A DNA stretch of 62,095 nt. Origin: a virus. Lineage: Duplodnaviria > Caudoviricetes. Below are positions 37,199-45,720 of the stretch, piece after piece (the first letter of the stretch is position 1; each line of letters opens with the position of its first letter). Under the pieces are notes generated by a model. The model saw only the letters and a list, made by a program, of their open reading frames with translations. It was not told the DNA's origin and searched no databases. The stretch spans positions 1 through 62,095 of the IMG/VR virus record IMGVR_UViG_3300005747_000076; one strand, 5' to 3'. The position numbers were made by a program, and so were the translations under genes.

Positions 37199-38896
37199 TT
37201 ATTGTCCGGCTACAATATTTGCTGTAATACGGATGAAGTTGAGAGGTTCAATGAGTGCAACATCAAAATCAATAAAAATAGTATCGCCTTCTCTACGGAG
37301 TTTGATATTTTTAAAGTCTTGGATAATAGCAGCATCTCGCATCTCGCTTAAGCGTCTCTTGGTCAACGCTTTAACTTTATCCTGAGTTGTTCTAGTAATA
37401 CGTGTTCCTAACTGAAGATTTAGGAATTTACGTAAGTCTCTCACGCACGTATCAATACTTTCTTTAGTTGAAATTTCAGTATTAACTGATAGATTGTCTT
37501 TGCGCCAAGAAGTAAGTCCTCTAATAACTTCTAATTGGTTATTAACACCTAATTTAATACCAAGAATTGATTTTTGTGCTAAAGAATTTGAGTCTTTTTC
37601 ACGGTCCCAAACTTCTGTTGTTTCAAAAATATTAATTGCTTTTCTTGTAAGTGGCTCAGAAGGAGGTAATGCACCTTGTGCACACATCATCATAAATGCC
37701 AAATATTCAGGTCCTTCAACTCTTCTTCCGCCTTTATGATCTGTAAATGTAATTCCTTGGCCACAAACTGAAATACGCGCATCATTCATCTTTAAAACAT
37801 ATCCACTATAAAGATCTGCAATTGAGGTATTTAAAGGTGCACCAACAAATCCATTTCTTTCACGTCCAGCAATTAATGCTAGTTCAATATGTCCTTTAAG
37901 TAATGCGTGGTGATCTGCTTCATCACTTAATATAGTAATAGAAGTAATATCACTGTTTTCTACTGCTGCAAAAGCATCTGCATATTGTGCATCTGTAATT
38001 GCGCCACCATCAACACCAAGTGTTGTAGGTCCTGCTAGGTCAAACTGATCCATTAAAAGATAACCACCAGAAAGTTCTGCCTCAAATGGTATACTATCAA
38101 ATTCATTGATTGTTTGAACTAGTTCAGCAGTATGTGCATGTAATACTAGATCATTTTGGCCAACTGAAGCATAATCAATAACATCTAATTCCTCAGGCTT
38201 ACTGAAAGATAAAGCTATTGGGTTTAATACTTCAGGTAATACAGCAACTAATTCATCCATTCTGGTATAAGCAGTTAGGTCAAATGTTTGTGATGCGCCG
38301 CCGCCAGATGGTGTATATACCAATTGTTTGCTGCCAGTAATTGCTAGAGTATCACCATCTTCTAGACTTACTTGTAATTTAGAACCACCGTCAATCTCAT
38401 AAACTGCATCGCTGTCAAACCAAGGTGCTCTTACTGTTAATTTATAGTAAGGGCCTGCATCGTTTAATTCTGCATTAGCATCAGGATCTTCAAGTTTAAT
38501 TCTAATGTCGTTTCCAACAGTTCCATAATAAGTTGATGTAAGTTTAAGTATATCACTATCACCTATTGCTTCGCTATCAATCTGGAATTCTGCTGCAGTT
38601 GATTGATTTGCAGAAACGTAAGTCATAGATGTTGATACTCCATCAACAGTTGCTAATGCGCTTTTCCAAATCTTATCTAGTGTAAGTAAAGTCGCATCCA
38701 TTGGGTAGACTTCGGAAAGTTCATAAGCTCCTGTATTAAAAGAAACTGGTGTATTTTTTTTGAGGATAGGGAAGTTCCCTACTACGCAAAGCTTTTTAGC
38801 ACCAAGTCCAGGTTCCGCTGCTAGAGTATTGACGACGTTAACGACTACACTCGGCTCAAAAAGTCTTTTGCCTCTATATGTAATAGATGTTGGCAT
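37199..38896 (-). CDS. Tail sheath protein
   Basis: 565 aa; EPLTRK, VIRGLT, C-terminal IEPLNFIRIT. Confidence 0.93.
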   Translation of the reverse strand: MPTSITYRGKRLFEPSVVVNVVNTLAAEPGLGAKKLCVVGNFPILKKNTPVSFNTGAYELSEVYPMDATLLTLDKIWKSALATVDGVSTSMTYVSANQSTAAEFQIDSEAIGDSDILKLTSTYYGTVGNDIRIKLEDPDANAELNDAGPYYKLTVRAPWFDSDAVYEIDGGSKLQVSLEDGDTLAITGSKQLVYTPSGGGASQTFDLTAYTRMDELVAVLPEVLNPIALSFSKPEELDVIDYASVGQNDLVLHAHTAELVQTINEFDSIPFEAELSGGYLLMDQFDLAGPTTLGVDGGAITDAQYADAFAAVENSDITSITILSDEADHHALLKGHIELALIAGRERNGFVGAPLNTSIADLYSGYVLKMNDARISVCGQGITFTDHKGGRRVEGPEYLAFMMMCAQGALPPSEPLTRKAINIFETTEVWDREKDSNSLAQKSILGIKLGVNNQLEVIRGLTSWRKDNLSVNTEISTKESIDTCVRDLRKFLNLQLGTRITRTTQDKVKALTKRRLSEMRDAAIIQDFKNIKLRREGDTIFIDFDVALIEPLNFIRITANIVAGQ

Positions 38897-38924
38897 TTAT
38901 TTTCTCCTTATGTTAAAAGTTTAT

Positions 38925-39503
38925 TTAGCTTTTGATGATATTAGGATTTAGCTCCCAAGGTCCGTCAAACTCTTCAACAGGCTCGCTTGCTTTAAGTTGC
39001 TTTTGAGCTACAAATGTTATAGACCTAGTGTATAAATCTATGTTTGAAGTAGTTAGTTCGTTTTCTATTTCAATTTTTGACGCTTTTTCAAACTGTATAT
39101 TTAAATATCCAATTGCAAGGAAATTTTGTTTAAAAATTAACATAGAAGCCTGAATTACTCTATGTAGTATTCTTAGTGTATCTAAATCATCAGCAAATAT
39201 ATTAACGTCGCATGTTTGATTAACTAATAAGACTAACTTTTCATTAAATCCTCTATTACCTAACATTTGAAATGTATCAGAGCTGTTTTCTTCAACTGAA
39301 ACTGTTATGAGAGGGAATTTTTCAGTCTTTTTTCTTAAAGCAACATCAAATGACGCCTGAATATCATTTAATTTATTGAAATATGTTGTTCTTAGTGTGC
39401 TACCAATATCATAAAATAATTCATTGAATTTGACTTCATTATCTTTAAAATATTTTATACCATTTGATATTGTATGTGTTATGTGTAAATCAACTACGCT
39501 CAT
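38925..39503 (-). CDS. Tail completion/terminator-like protein
   Basis: FPLITVSVEE; directly upstream of the sheath. Confidence 0.65.
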   Translation of the reverse strand: MSVVDLHITHTISNGIKYFKDNEVKFNELFYDIGSTLRTTYFNKLNDIQASFDVALRKKTEKFPLITVSVEENSSDTFQMLGNRGFNEKLVLLVNQTCDVNIFADDLDTLRILHRVIQASMLIFKQNFLAIGYLNIQFEKASKIEIENELTTSNIDLYTRSITFVAQKQLKASEPVEEFDGPWELNPNIIKS

Positions 39504-40291
39504 TATTCTATCTCCATTTTACATTCAACTTGGACTGGCATTGGAGAAGGTATTTCAACTTGATTTGTTCTTACAAAAGTATCTCTAATTGAGTGTGGAT
39601 GATTTATTACTACATATGATGGATTAATATAATATGCAATAGAAAGTTTACTGCCAATAACTGGTGTGTTTGCTGCGTTATTAAATGTTATAACGTTCCC
39701 GTTCAATGTTATATCATCAACAGGAATTTCACCACCAACTATAGCATTTCCATCTGCATCGCTTCTATGCATGTATAATATATTTACAGGAGTTAATCCA
39801 CTAACTAGTGTTAAATTCCTTGTTTCAGGTGTTTTAGATAATGTGCAACTTCCAAAAACTGAAATTTCTATTTTATCTCTGTAAATAATTACGCTATCTT
39901 TCATTATAAATCTGTCGCCGTAAGAAGGTAGGTGTTCAGGCTCTAAAGTAAATTTAACTTTTTCTTTTCTGTAAGATCCATATTTACCTACTTCTTCATT
40001 TCCACCTGCATTAGTTGTTATAGCTTTAATGTTTTGTGAACTATGTCTTATAAATCCTTTTCCTTCACATACAGGACAAGAAGAACTAGATCCTGCTTCG
40101 TTTGCGTCAATATCATTAACTGCTGAAAGGTTTAGGTTTAAAGAAGTTGTGCTTTTCATAAAACAAGGGCATTCAATTGTTTGTTGCCATTCAATATTCA
40201 GGCCTTTTTGTTGAATAAGTTTTCTAAACTCTTCAATTCTAAAATCTGTTCTAGTTTTAACTAATGATTGTTGAGGTGTTTGTAAAATCAT
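39503..40291 (-). CDS. Neck/head-closure protein (Twort-like)
   Basis: IEWQQTIECPC...CPVCEGKGF...GDRF. Confidence 0.75.
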   Translation of the reverse strand: MILQTPQQSLVKTRTDFRIEEFRKLIQQKGLNIEWQQTIECPCFMKSTTSLNLNLSAVNDIDANEAGSSSSCPVCEGKGFIRHSSQNIKAITTNAGGNEEVGKYGSYRKEKVKFTLEPEHLPSYGDRFIMKDSVIIYRDKIEISVFGSCTLSKTPETRNLTLVSGLTPVNILYMHRSDADGNAIVGGEIPVDDITLNGNVITFNNAANTPVIGSKLSIAYYINPSYVVINHPHSIRDTFVRTNQVEIPSPMPVQVECKMEIE

Positions 40292-40293
40292 AA

Positions 40294-41295
40294 TTAAAAT
40301 CCTGCCGCAAGTTTAGAAACTTTATATTTCTTTTTAAGAACTGCCATAGCATTTTTTAATTGATCTTTATAACTAATTATCTTAGCACCATAACCTGCAG
40401 AAGTTGCGGATGATGTAGTAGAAATACTTTGTGATAATCCATCAACTCCTAATGTAAATTGTCCTACACCGGCGCCTGCTAATAAATCACCTGCAGTATC
40501 TAATGGCAACATTGCTGCTGTATATAATATTGCTTTAACTAAGACGGGAGGAACAGTGTGTAATTTATAATCAATAACTACATCACCTTGTAATCCTGCT
40601 GCGCTTATTTCAACATTAAATGTTTTATCACCTATTCCAAAGGCTTTAACTGAAGGAGATGAGGCACCCTGTATATTCCCGTTTCCATCATCTATAACTT
40701 CAAATATAAATCTAGGTTTATCAATTAAAGTTTCACCAATCGCAATATCAGTTAATTCTGTTGTTCCTTGCGGAATTGTTATTTGACCTTCTAATAATGT
40801 AAATCCTGCTGTATAATCAAAATTAAAATAAGCAGGAACTCTAGCATATCTACCATAATTTGATATTGGGTCAATAAGTAAAGGTAATACATTGTTAAAT
40901 CTAAATGTTCCAATACTTTCTGCTGTTGGTATAAGACTTACTGAAGATGTTTCAGGTGATGTTATATTTAGCCATGCATCAGGAATATCTACTGGGCTGT
41001 AATTTCCGTATGATATTTTTAATCCATCAATAGTTTTTAATGGCCTTCTATCAAGTTGACTACCATACCAAGCATTTCTTTGATCATTATATAAATCATG
41101 TCTTTCACTAGAAACTTTAAAAGGTTCAATAGTTATTTCTAGTTCTTCTTCCATTAATGAAATTGCCTGATCTATAGCTTCTTCAAATAATTCATCAGGG
41201 TATGCATTTCCTGCATCATCGGTCAAATCAACACCAACTAACATCGTCTTTTTTAGTAAATCTACAGTAATAATGTCTTTTAATGTTAGTGCCAT
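40294..41295 (-). CDS. Head-tail adaptor/neck protein (Twort-like)
   Basis: FDYTAG...AGVGQFTLGVDGLSQSISTTSSATSAGYGAKIISY. Confidence 0.8.
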   Translation of the reverse strand: MALTLKDIITVDLLKKTMLVGVDLTDDAGNAYPDELFEEAIDQAISLMEEELEITIEPFKVSSERHDLYNDQRNAWYGSQLDRRPLKTIDGLKISYGNYSPVDIPDAWLNITSPETSSVSLIPTAESIGTFRFNNVLPLLIDPISNYGRYARVPAYFNFDYTAGFTLLEGQITIPQGTTELTDIAIGETLIDKPRFIFEVIDDGNGNIQGASSPSVKAFGIGDKTFNVEISAAGLQGDVVIDYKLHTVPPVLVKAILYTAAMLPLDTAGDLLAGAGVGQFTLGVDGLSQSISTTSSATSAGYGAKIISYKDQLKNAMAVLKKKYKVSKLAAGF

Positions 41296-41402
41296 AATAT
41301 AACCTTCCGTTTATTCTGTTTGATGTCTTGAAACTTTTTATATAAATCTATAGATAATTATAACTTTAAAGTTTCTTTTTAACTGCGTTTAATTTAATAA
41401 CT

Positions 41403-41452
41403 AAAAAAAACCTCTCATTTTGACCGGGAGAGCAAGAAGTCAAATTGAGAGG
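41403..41452 (-). terminator. Terminator after the capsid gene, loop complementary to upstream RNA
   Basis: CCUCUCA-UUUGAC/GUCAAA-UGAGAGG stem plus U8. Confidence 0.85.
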
Positions 41453-41522
41453 CTAAAAACATAAAGTTTTTGAAAGGACATACACCTCTCCCGGTTTGCC
41501 TAACTATTAAGTTCTAATAATA

Positions 41523-43034
41523 TTATTTAGAAACGTTGCGAAGAACGAAGTTCTTCTTAGCAACCTTAACGGAAGGTGCACCGAAAAGCATGAGGAGGAA
41601 TTGCTTCGCAGCACCAACCTCAGCAAGAGGACGACGAATAAAGTCAAGGAGTCGTGCAAATTCCACAACGCCCGCATCAAGCTGAGTAATAAGAACTTGA
41701 TCACAGTCGAGTCTCTCAAATCCAGCGTCGTACCAATCAGCTCCGATAATCTCAGAAGCTTTAACTTCACCAATTAGTTGTGCTGCGCGCAATACTTCAC
41801 CATCAGATGCTGCATCACTCTTAGCTGCGCGGTATACGCGAACATAAAGTGCAGATCCATTCGCCATTGCGTTAAGTTGGAAACGAGGAACAGCGTCATC
41901 ATGTGCATCAACAGCAGCTGAAATTACTGGTGCGCCGTAGCCTTTTTTATTAACAGGAACGAATACGTATCTAAATTCACCATCATGACCAGCACCGGTG
42001 CCAGATGCGTCCCAACCATTTTCAATACCAAATACAGCGTCAGCAGCAAGGAATTGAGCAGCTGTTTGTGTATCCTCAGTTGCAAGGCCGTTAGCAACCA
42101 AATCTGCACCTGCGCTAGCAGCTGAAGGAGGAGCTAAACGACGTGAGATAAATGGAGCAGCTACTACAGGAACAGGCCCCATAGGTCCCATAATATGAAT
42201 GCGAGGGCCAGCGCCAAGAGTATGAACACCTTGATCACCTTGGTTAACGAGAACCATAGAGTCATGGCGACCATTTTGTGCACTATCTGCAATCAATTTG
42301 CTGTAAGCTTTAGGAGACATGAAGATTGCATCAGGATTACCAAAGCGAGGAGCTGAGTAAAGCTCACCAAGAACTTCATGGAGTTTCTGGCCTGAAAGTG
42401 ATGCACCTTGCATATCTTCCTGGTGTTCACTAAAGCTACGACCGAATTGGTATGGGTTGCGATCAGTGTCTAGATCACGCTCAATTTGCTTAAGAACACC
42501 ATCAAAAGCAAGACCATTTACATCTTCATCACCGTGGAAAAGTTGAACTTCCATTTTACGAAGAAGGCTCATTGTGCCGCGCTCGGTCTCCTCAGCAAGT
42601 GCGTCAGCGTTAGGACCAACGATACCAACAAGAGTAGAAACATCAGAGATGCTGCGTTTCTCGGCCATATATTTAATTTTAACTGATTTTCTCTCATACT
42701 GTGAAGCAGAAGAACCGAAGCTGCTGTCGCCGCCACCTTCAGCAATAAATGGATCAAGGTCCTCACCGTGGCTACTAATAACTGCATACTCATGTAGAGT
42801 GTTTGTAGCTTGGATCTTAGGCATCATAGGCCAAAGCGCAAGGTCGCGCATTGTATGTGCTGCAGAAGCAAGAGTTCCTTCAATTGACTGAGGAACGATA
42901 GGAGACAAAGGACCACGAAGATCATTGCCAAGTGCATCAGTTGCTTGATAGCCTACATTGCTGTTTTTGCGAAGAGACTCATTTAGACGGGTTAATTCGT
43001 TAATAGTAACGTTTTCATTGATATTAGGTAACAT
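41523..43034 (-). CDS. Major capsid protein (SPO1/Twort-like)
   Basis: PQSIEGTL, TLHEY, YERKSVKIKYMA, LFHGD..LAFDGVLKQI. Confidence 0.92.
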   Translation of the reverse strand: MLPNINENVTINELTRLNESLRKNSNVGYQATDALGNDLRGPLSPIVPQSIEGTLASAAHTMRDLALWPMMPKIQATNTLHEYAVISSHGEDLDPFIAEGGGDSSFGSSASQYERKSVKIKYMAEKRSISDVSTLVGIVGPNADALAEETERGTMSLLRKMEVQLFHGDEDVNGLAFDGVLKQIERDLDTDRNPYQFGRSFSEHQEDMQGASLSGQKLHEVLGELYSAPRFGNPDAIFMSPKAYSKLIADSAQNGRHDSMVLVNQGDQGVHTLGAGPRIHIMGPMGPVPVVAAPFISRRLAPPSAASAGADLVANGLATEDTQTAAQFLAADAVFGIENGWDASGTGAGHDGEFRYVFVPVNKKGYGAPVISAAVDAHDDAVPRFQLNAMANGSALYVRVYRAAKSDAASDGEVLRAAQLIGEVKASEIIGADWYDAGFERLDCDQVLITQLDAGVVEFARLLDFIRRPLAEVGAAKQFLLMLFGAPSVKVAKKNFVLRNVSK

Positions 43035-43047
43035 ATTAGTTTTCTCC

Positions 43048-43572
43048 TTAAAAATTCACTTTATCAATTTCAACACCCGCCTCTAAGCGACTAATTGCTT
43101 TGAAGAGTTGGGCTTTTCTTTCAAAATTAGCAGAAGGAAGTTCTGCCATTGCTTTGTTAATTAGGTCTTGACGTCCAAGAACAGGAGTTTCAACAACTTC
43201 CTCTTCTACTTTTTCGTCTTCAATAATAACTGTTGCTGATTTAACAACTGGCTCATTCTCAAGGTCTTCTACCTTTTTGTTAAGCTCTTCTGTTTTCTCA
43301 TTAACAGATTTTGCAATTTCTTCAGCTTTAATTTCAATAGCTTCGTCAATTTCCTCTTTACTAGGAATATTAAGCGACTTAACTACATCAAAGATGCTGT
43401 CGAGTTTGCTAGAAAGTTCATCTACAGATTTACTAAGACCCTCAAACTTAGCCGTATGCTCGGCCACTAAGGCGTCTGCTGATTTAGCGAGTTCTGTAGA
43501 AACTTTATTTTCAATTTCAAGAGTTTCCTTGATTTCTGCAAGGATCTCTTCAACTTTATTAGTCTCTGACAT
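43048..43572 (-). CDS. Scaffolding protein
   Basis: Acidic coiled coil with LAKS/LSKS/IAKS/VVKS motifs, directly before the capsid gene. Confidence 0.7.
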   Translation of the reverse strand: MSETNKVEEILAEIKETLEIENKVSTELAKSADALVAEHTAKFEGLSKSVDELSSKLDSIFDVVKSLNIPSKEEIDEAIEIKAEEIAKSVNEKTEELNKKVEDLENEPVVKSATVIIEDEKVEEEVVETPVLGRQDLINKAMAELPSANFERKAQLFKAISRLEAGVEIDKVNF

Positions 43573-43907
43573 TTTGTTTCTCCTTATTGTTTATATTACA
43601 TTTGATGCCGTATTGCATAGGCTGAAGTTTGTTTTATTGCTGTGCTTAATACTGTAATATACTGCTTCACAATAAAAAAACTACAATGCGAAATTGTGCT
43701 TTCCTATATTATATATATCTTAAACATTAATTTTTATTATTTTAAGATAAATTTTTTTATTGGTTTTAATGTTTAGATGTCGTTAACTTAAATTTTATAT
43801 ATCTTTTTTAAGTTGTTTATATTTTTTTTCTAGATTTAAAGAAAACTTTTTTTTATATGGATATTAATATTTTTTGTTTCCTTTAAATCTGGATTAAACT
43901 GGATATC

Positions 43908-45131
43908 TTATTTTTTATCTTTGTAATATCTTTGTATGTAATTCATCATATCTTTTACAGGCATGTTTAATTGTAGCATTCCCATAATAAGTTCTTTGAT
44001 TTGTTCAGGAGTAAGACCTTCAAGTTCAATTTCCATTTCTGGACCTTCTTCTTCTTCTTCCTCGTCGTCTTTTCCTATATTCATATCTGCAGAAGCTAAT
44101 TCTTTTTTCTTATCTTCCAAACTTTCAGGCTGAATTGGACTGAAATCTGTTTCTTTCATTAGACCTTGTAGAAATCTCATATAATCAAGCATTTCTTTTC
44201 GGTCCATTTTATCCATTTCTTCATCAGTCTTATATTGACCTTTTTCAAATTCATGCGGGAACATATCTTTGTCCTGAGGAGGATTTACTTTGCTTGGTGC
44301 AACGACGCTTTCCTCTTCTAAATCTTTTAAATAGTCAGGATTTACATCTTTATCCATTTCAGGTTTAATCATTTCTTCTTTATGTTCTTGCTCTAAATAA
44401 TGAAATGATGTTTGTAAATATTCTTTAGACATTGAGATTTTCTTTTGCACCCATTCTGGTAAATCTGCTTCTTCACCAAAGCTCTCAAGTAAATTTACAA
44501 GTTTTTCTGCATACTCACAACTAAGTCTTGCCTCACCTAAACTCATATGTAAGTCATTATATTCATCATTCTTTTGTAAATCTTCAGTCATTGTTTCTTC
44601 TTTCTCTATGTTATTTAATATTGATTTTACTAATGCTACAGTAGCTTCTGTATTACATGGCTGATGTGTTAAACTAACATTAAGAACTTTAGACCTTGTA
44701 ATAATATTAGGATTTTTATTATCACGTGCTAAAACTTGACCTTCAATACTAAATCCTATTTGTCTAATATTGCCTGCGCTTTTCATTGCTTTATAATTTT
44801 CAACAATATCTTTAACAATTTGTTTCTTAGCATATAAAACACCTTTTATAGATGTTGCAGGCTTTCCTTTATGTATAATTTTATTAACTGAAAGAGGTGC
44901 GCCAACAATATGACCAGGTAAATTAGAATGATCATAATTAAATGCGCCGTTTTTTAGGCAATAACTCCAATCAATTCCATCCTGTAATATTACTTCACCA
45001 GCAGTGTCTTGGTGTTCTGTTGTTGCAATTCCTTCAATATCAATTGTTTCTTTATCTTCTGCCTTTGACAAATCAAATGTTAGAGGCTGAAATTTACTAA
45101 ATACGTCTATACTCATATTAATTCCTCTCAA
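43908..45131 (-). CDS. Prohead protease with long acidic C-terminal extension
   Basis: IEGIATTEHQDTAGEVI, NYDH, GFSIEG, VSLTHQPCN. Confidence 0.92.
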   Translation of the reverse strand: MRGINMSIDVFSKFQPLTFDLSKAEDKETIDIEGIATTEHQDTAGEVILQDGIDWSYCLKNGAFNYDHSNLPGHIVGAPLSVNKIIHKGKPATSIKGVLYAKKQIVKDIVENYKAMKSAGNIRQIGFSIEGQVLARDNKNPNIITRSKVLNVSLTHQPCNTEATVALVKSILNNIEKEETMTEDLQKNDEYNDLHMSLGEARLSCEYAEKLVNLLESFGEEADLPEWVQKKISMSKEYLQTSFHYLEQEHKEEMIKPEMDKDVNPDYLKDLEEESVVAPSKVNPPQDKDMFPHEFEKGQYKTDEEMDKMDRKEMLDYMRFLQGLMKETDFSPIQPESLEDKKKELASADMNIGKDDEEEEEEGPEMEIELEGLTPEQIKELIMGMLQLNMPVKDMMNYIQRYYKDKK

Positions 45132-45579
45132 ATCTCGTGTTTAGCGCCTCATTTAAAGGCTTTCCGTTATCTAATAGTTTTCGAAGCTGGTTTAAAGCAT
45201 GCCCTCCAACAACATACCATTCAGGTCGCTTATTACCATAACGTTTTTGTATGTCAAATGCTTTGTTTAATTGTGATAATTTAATATTTTTGGCAGCAAT
45301 TGATTTAGCTATACGCCTAGAAGCTCCGCATGGACTTCTTAATTTACTCTTTTTAACACCAATCATTGCAACTATTGATTGTTCTATAATCGCGTCTCCT
45401 ATTGTTATAAAAGAATTATCCAGTTTATCTTCTGTTTTATTTTCTTTTTGTATAGGAGTATTTATATTAGTTTCTTCTAAAGTTTTTTCTGCCTTAATAA
45501 CAGTATCTTCTTTTTTAACAGAATAAGATTTCTTAATATCTTCTCTTGCTCTTTGAAGTATTTCAGTAAATGTAGTCAT
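45118..45579 (-). CDS. Head-associated hypothetical protein
   Basis: Between portal and protease; weak similarity to the portal C-terminal domain. Confidence 0.75.
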   Translation of the reverse strand: MTTFTEILQRAREDIKKSYSVKKEDTVIKAEKTLEETNINTPIQKENKTEDKLDNSFITIGDAIIEQSIVAMIGVKKSKLRSPCGASRRIAKSIAAKNIKLSQLNKAFDIQKRYGNKRPEWYVVGGHALNQLRKLLDNGKPLNEALNTRFERN

Positions 45580-45582
45580 CGT

Positions 45583-45602
45583 TAACTGCCTATCAATGGT
45601 AT
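45583..45602 (-). repeat. Dispersed 20-bp motif, copy 4
   Basis: Ends 3 nt before ATG 45579. Confidence 0.95.
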
Positions 45603-45720
45603 ATATTATTATTTATTAGAGATAATAGTTTGATTTATATATCTTGTCTTGTATCTTATTATTAATATATATCCAATAATCTATTTGTTTTTGGAGTTTT
45701 TCTAAATTTTTATTGTTCAT

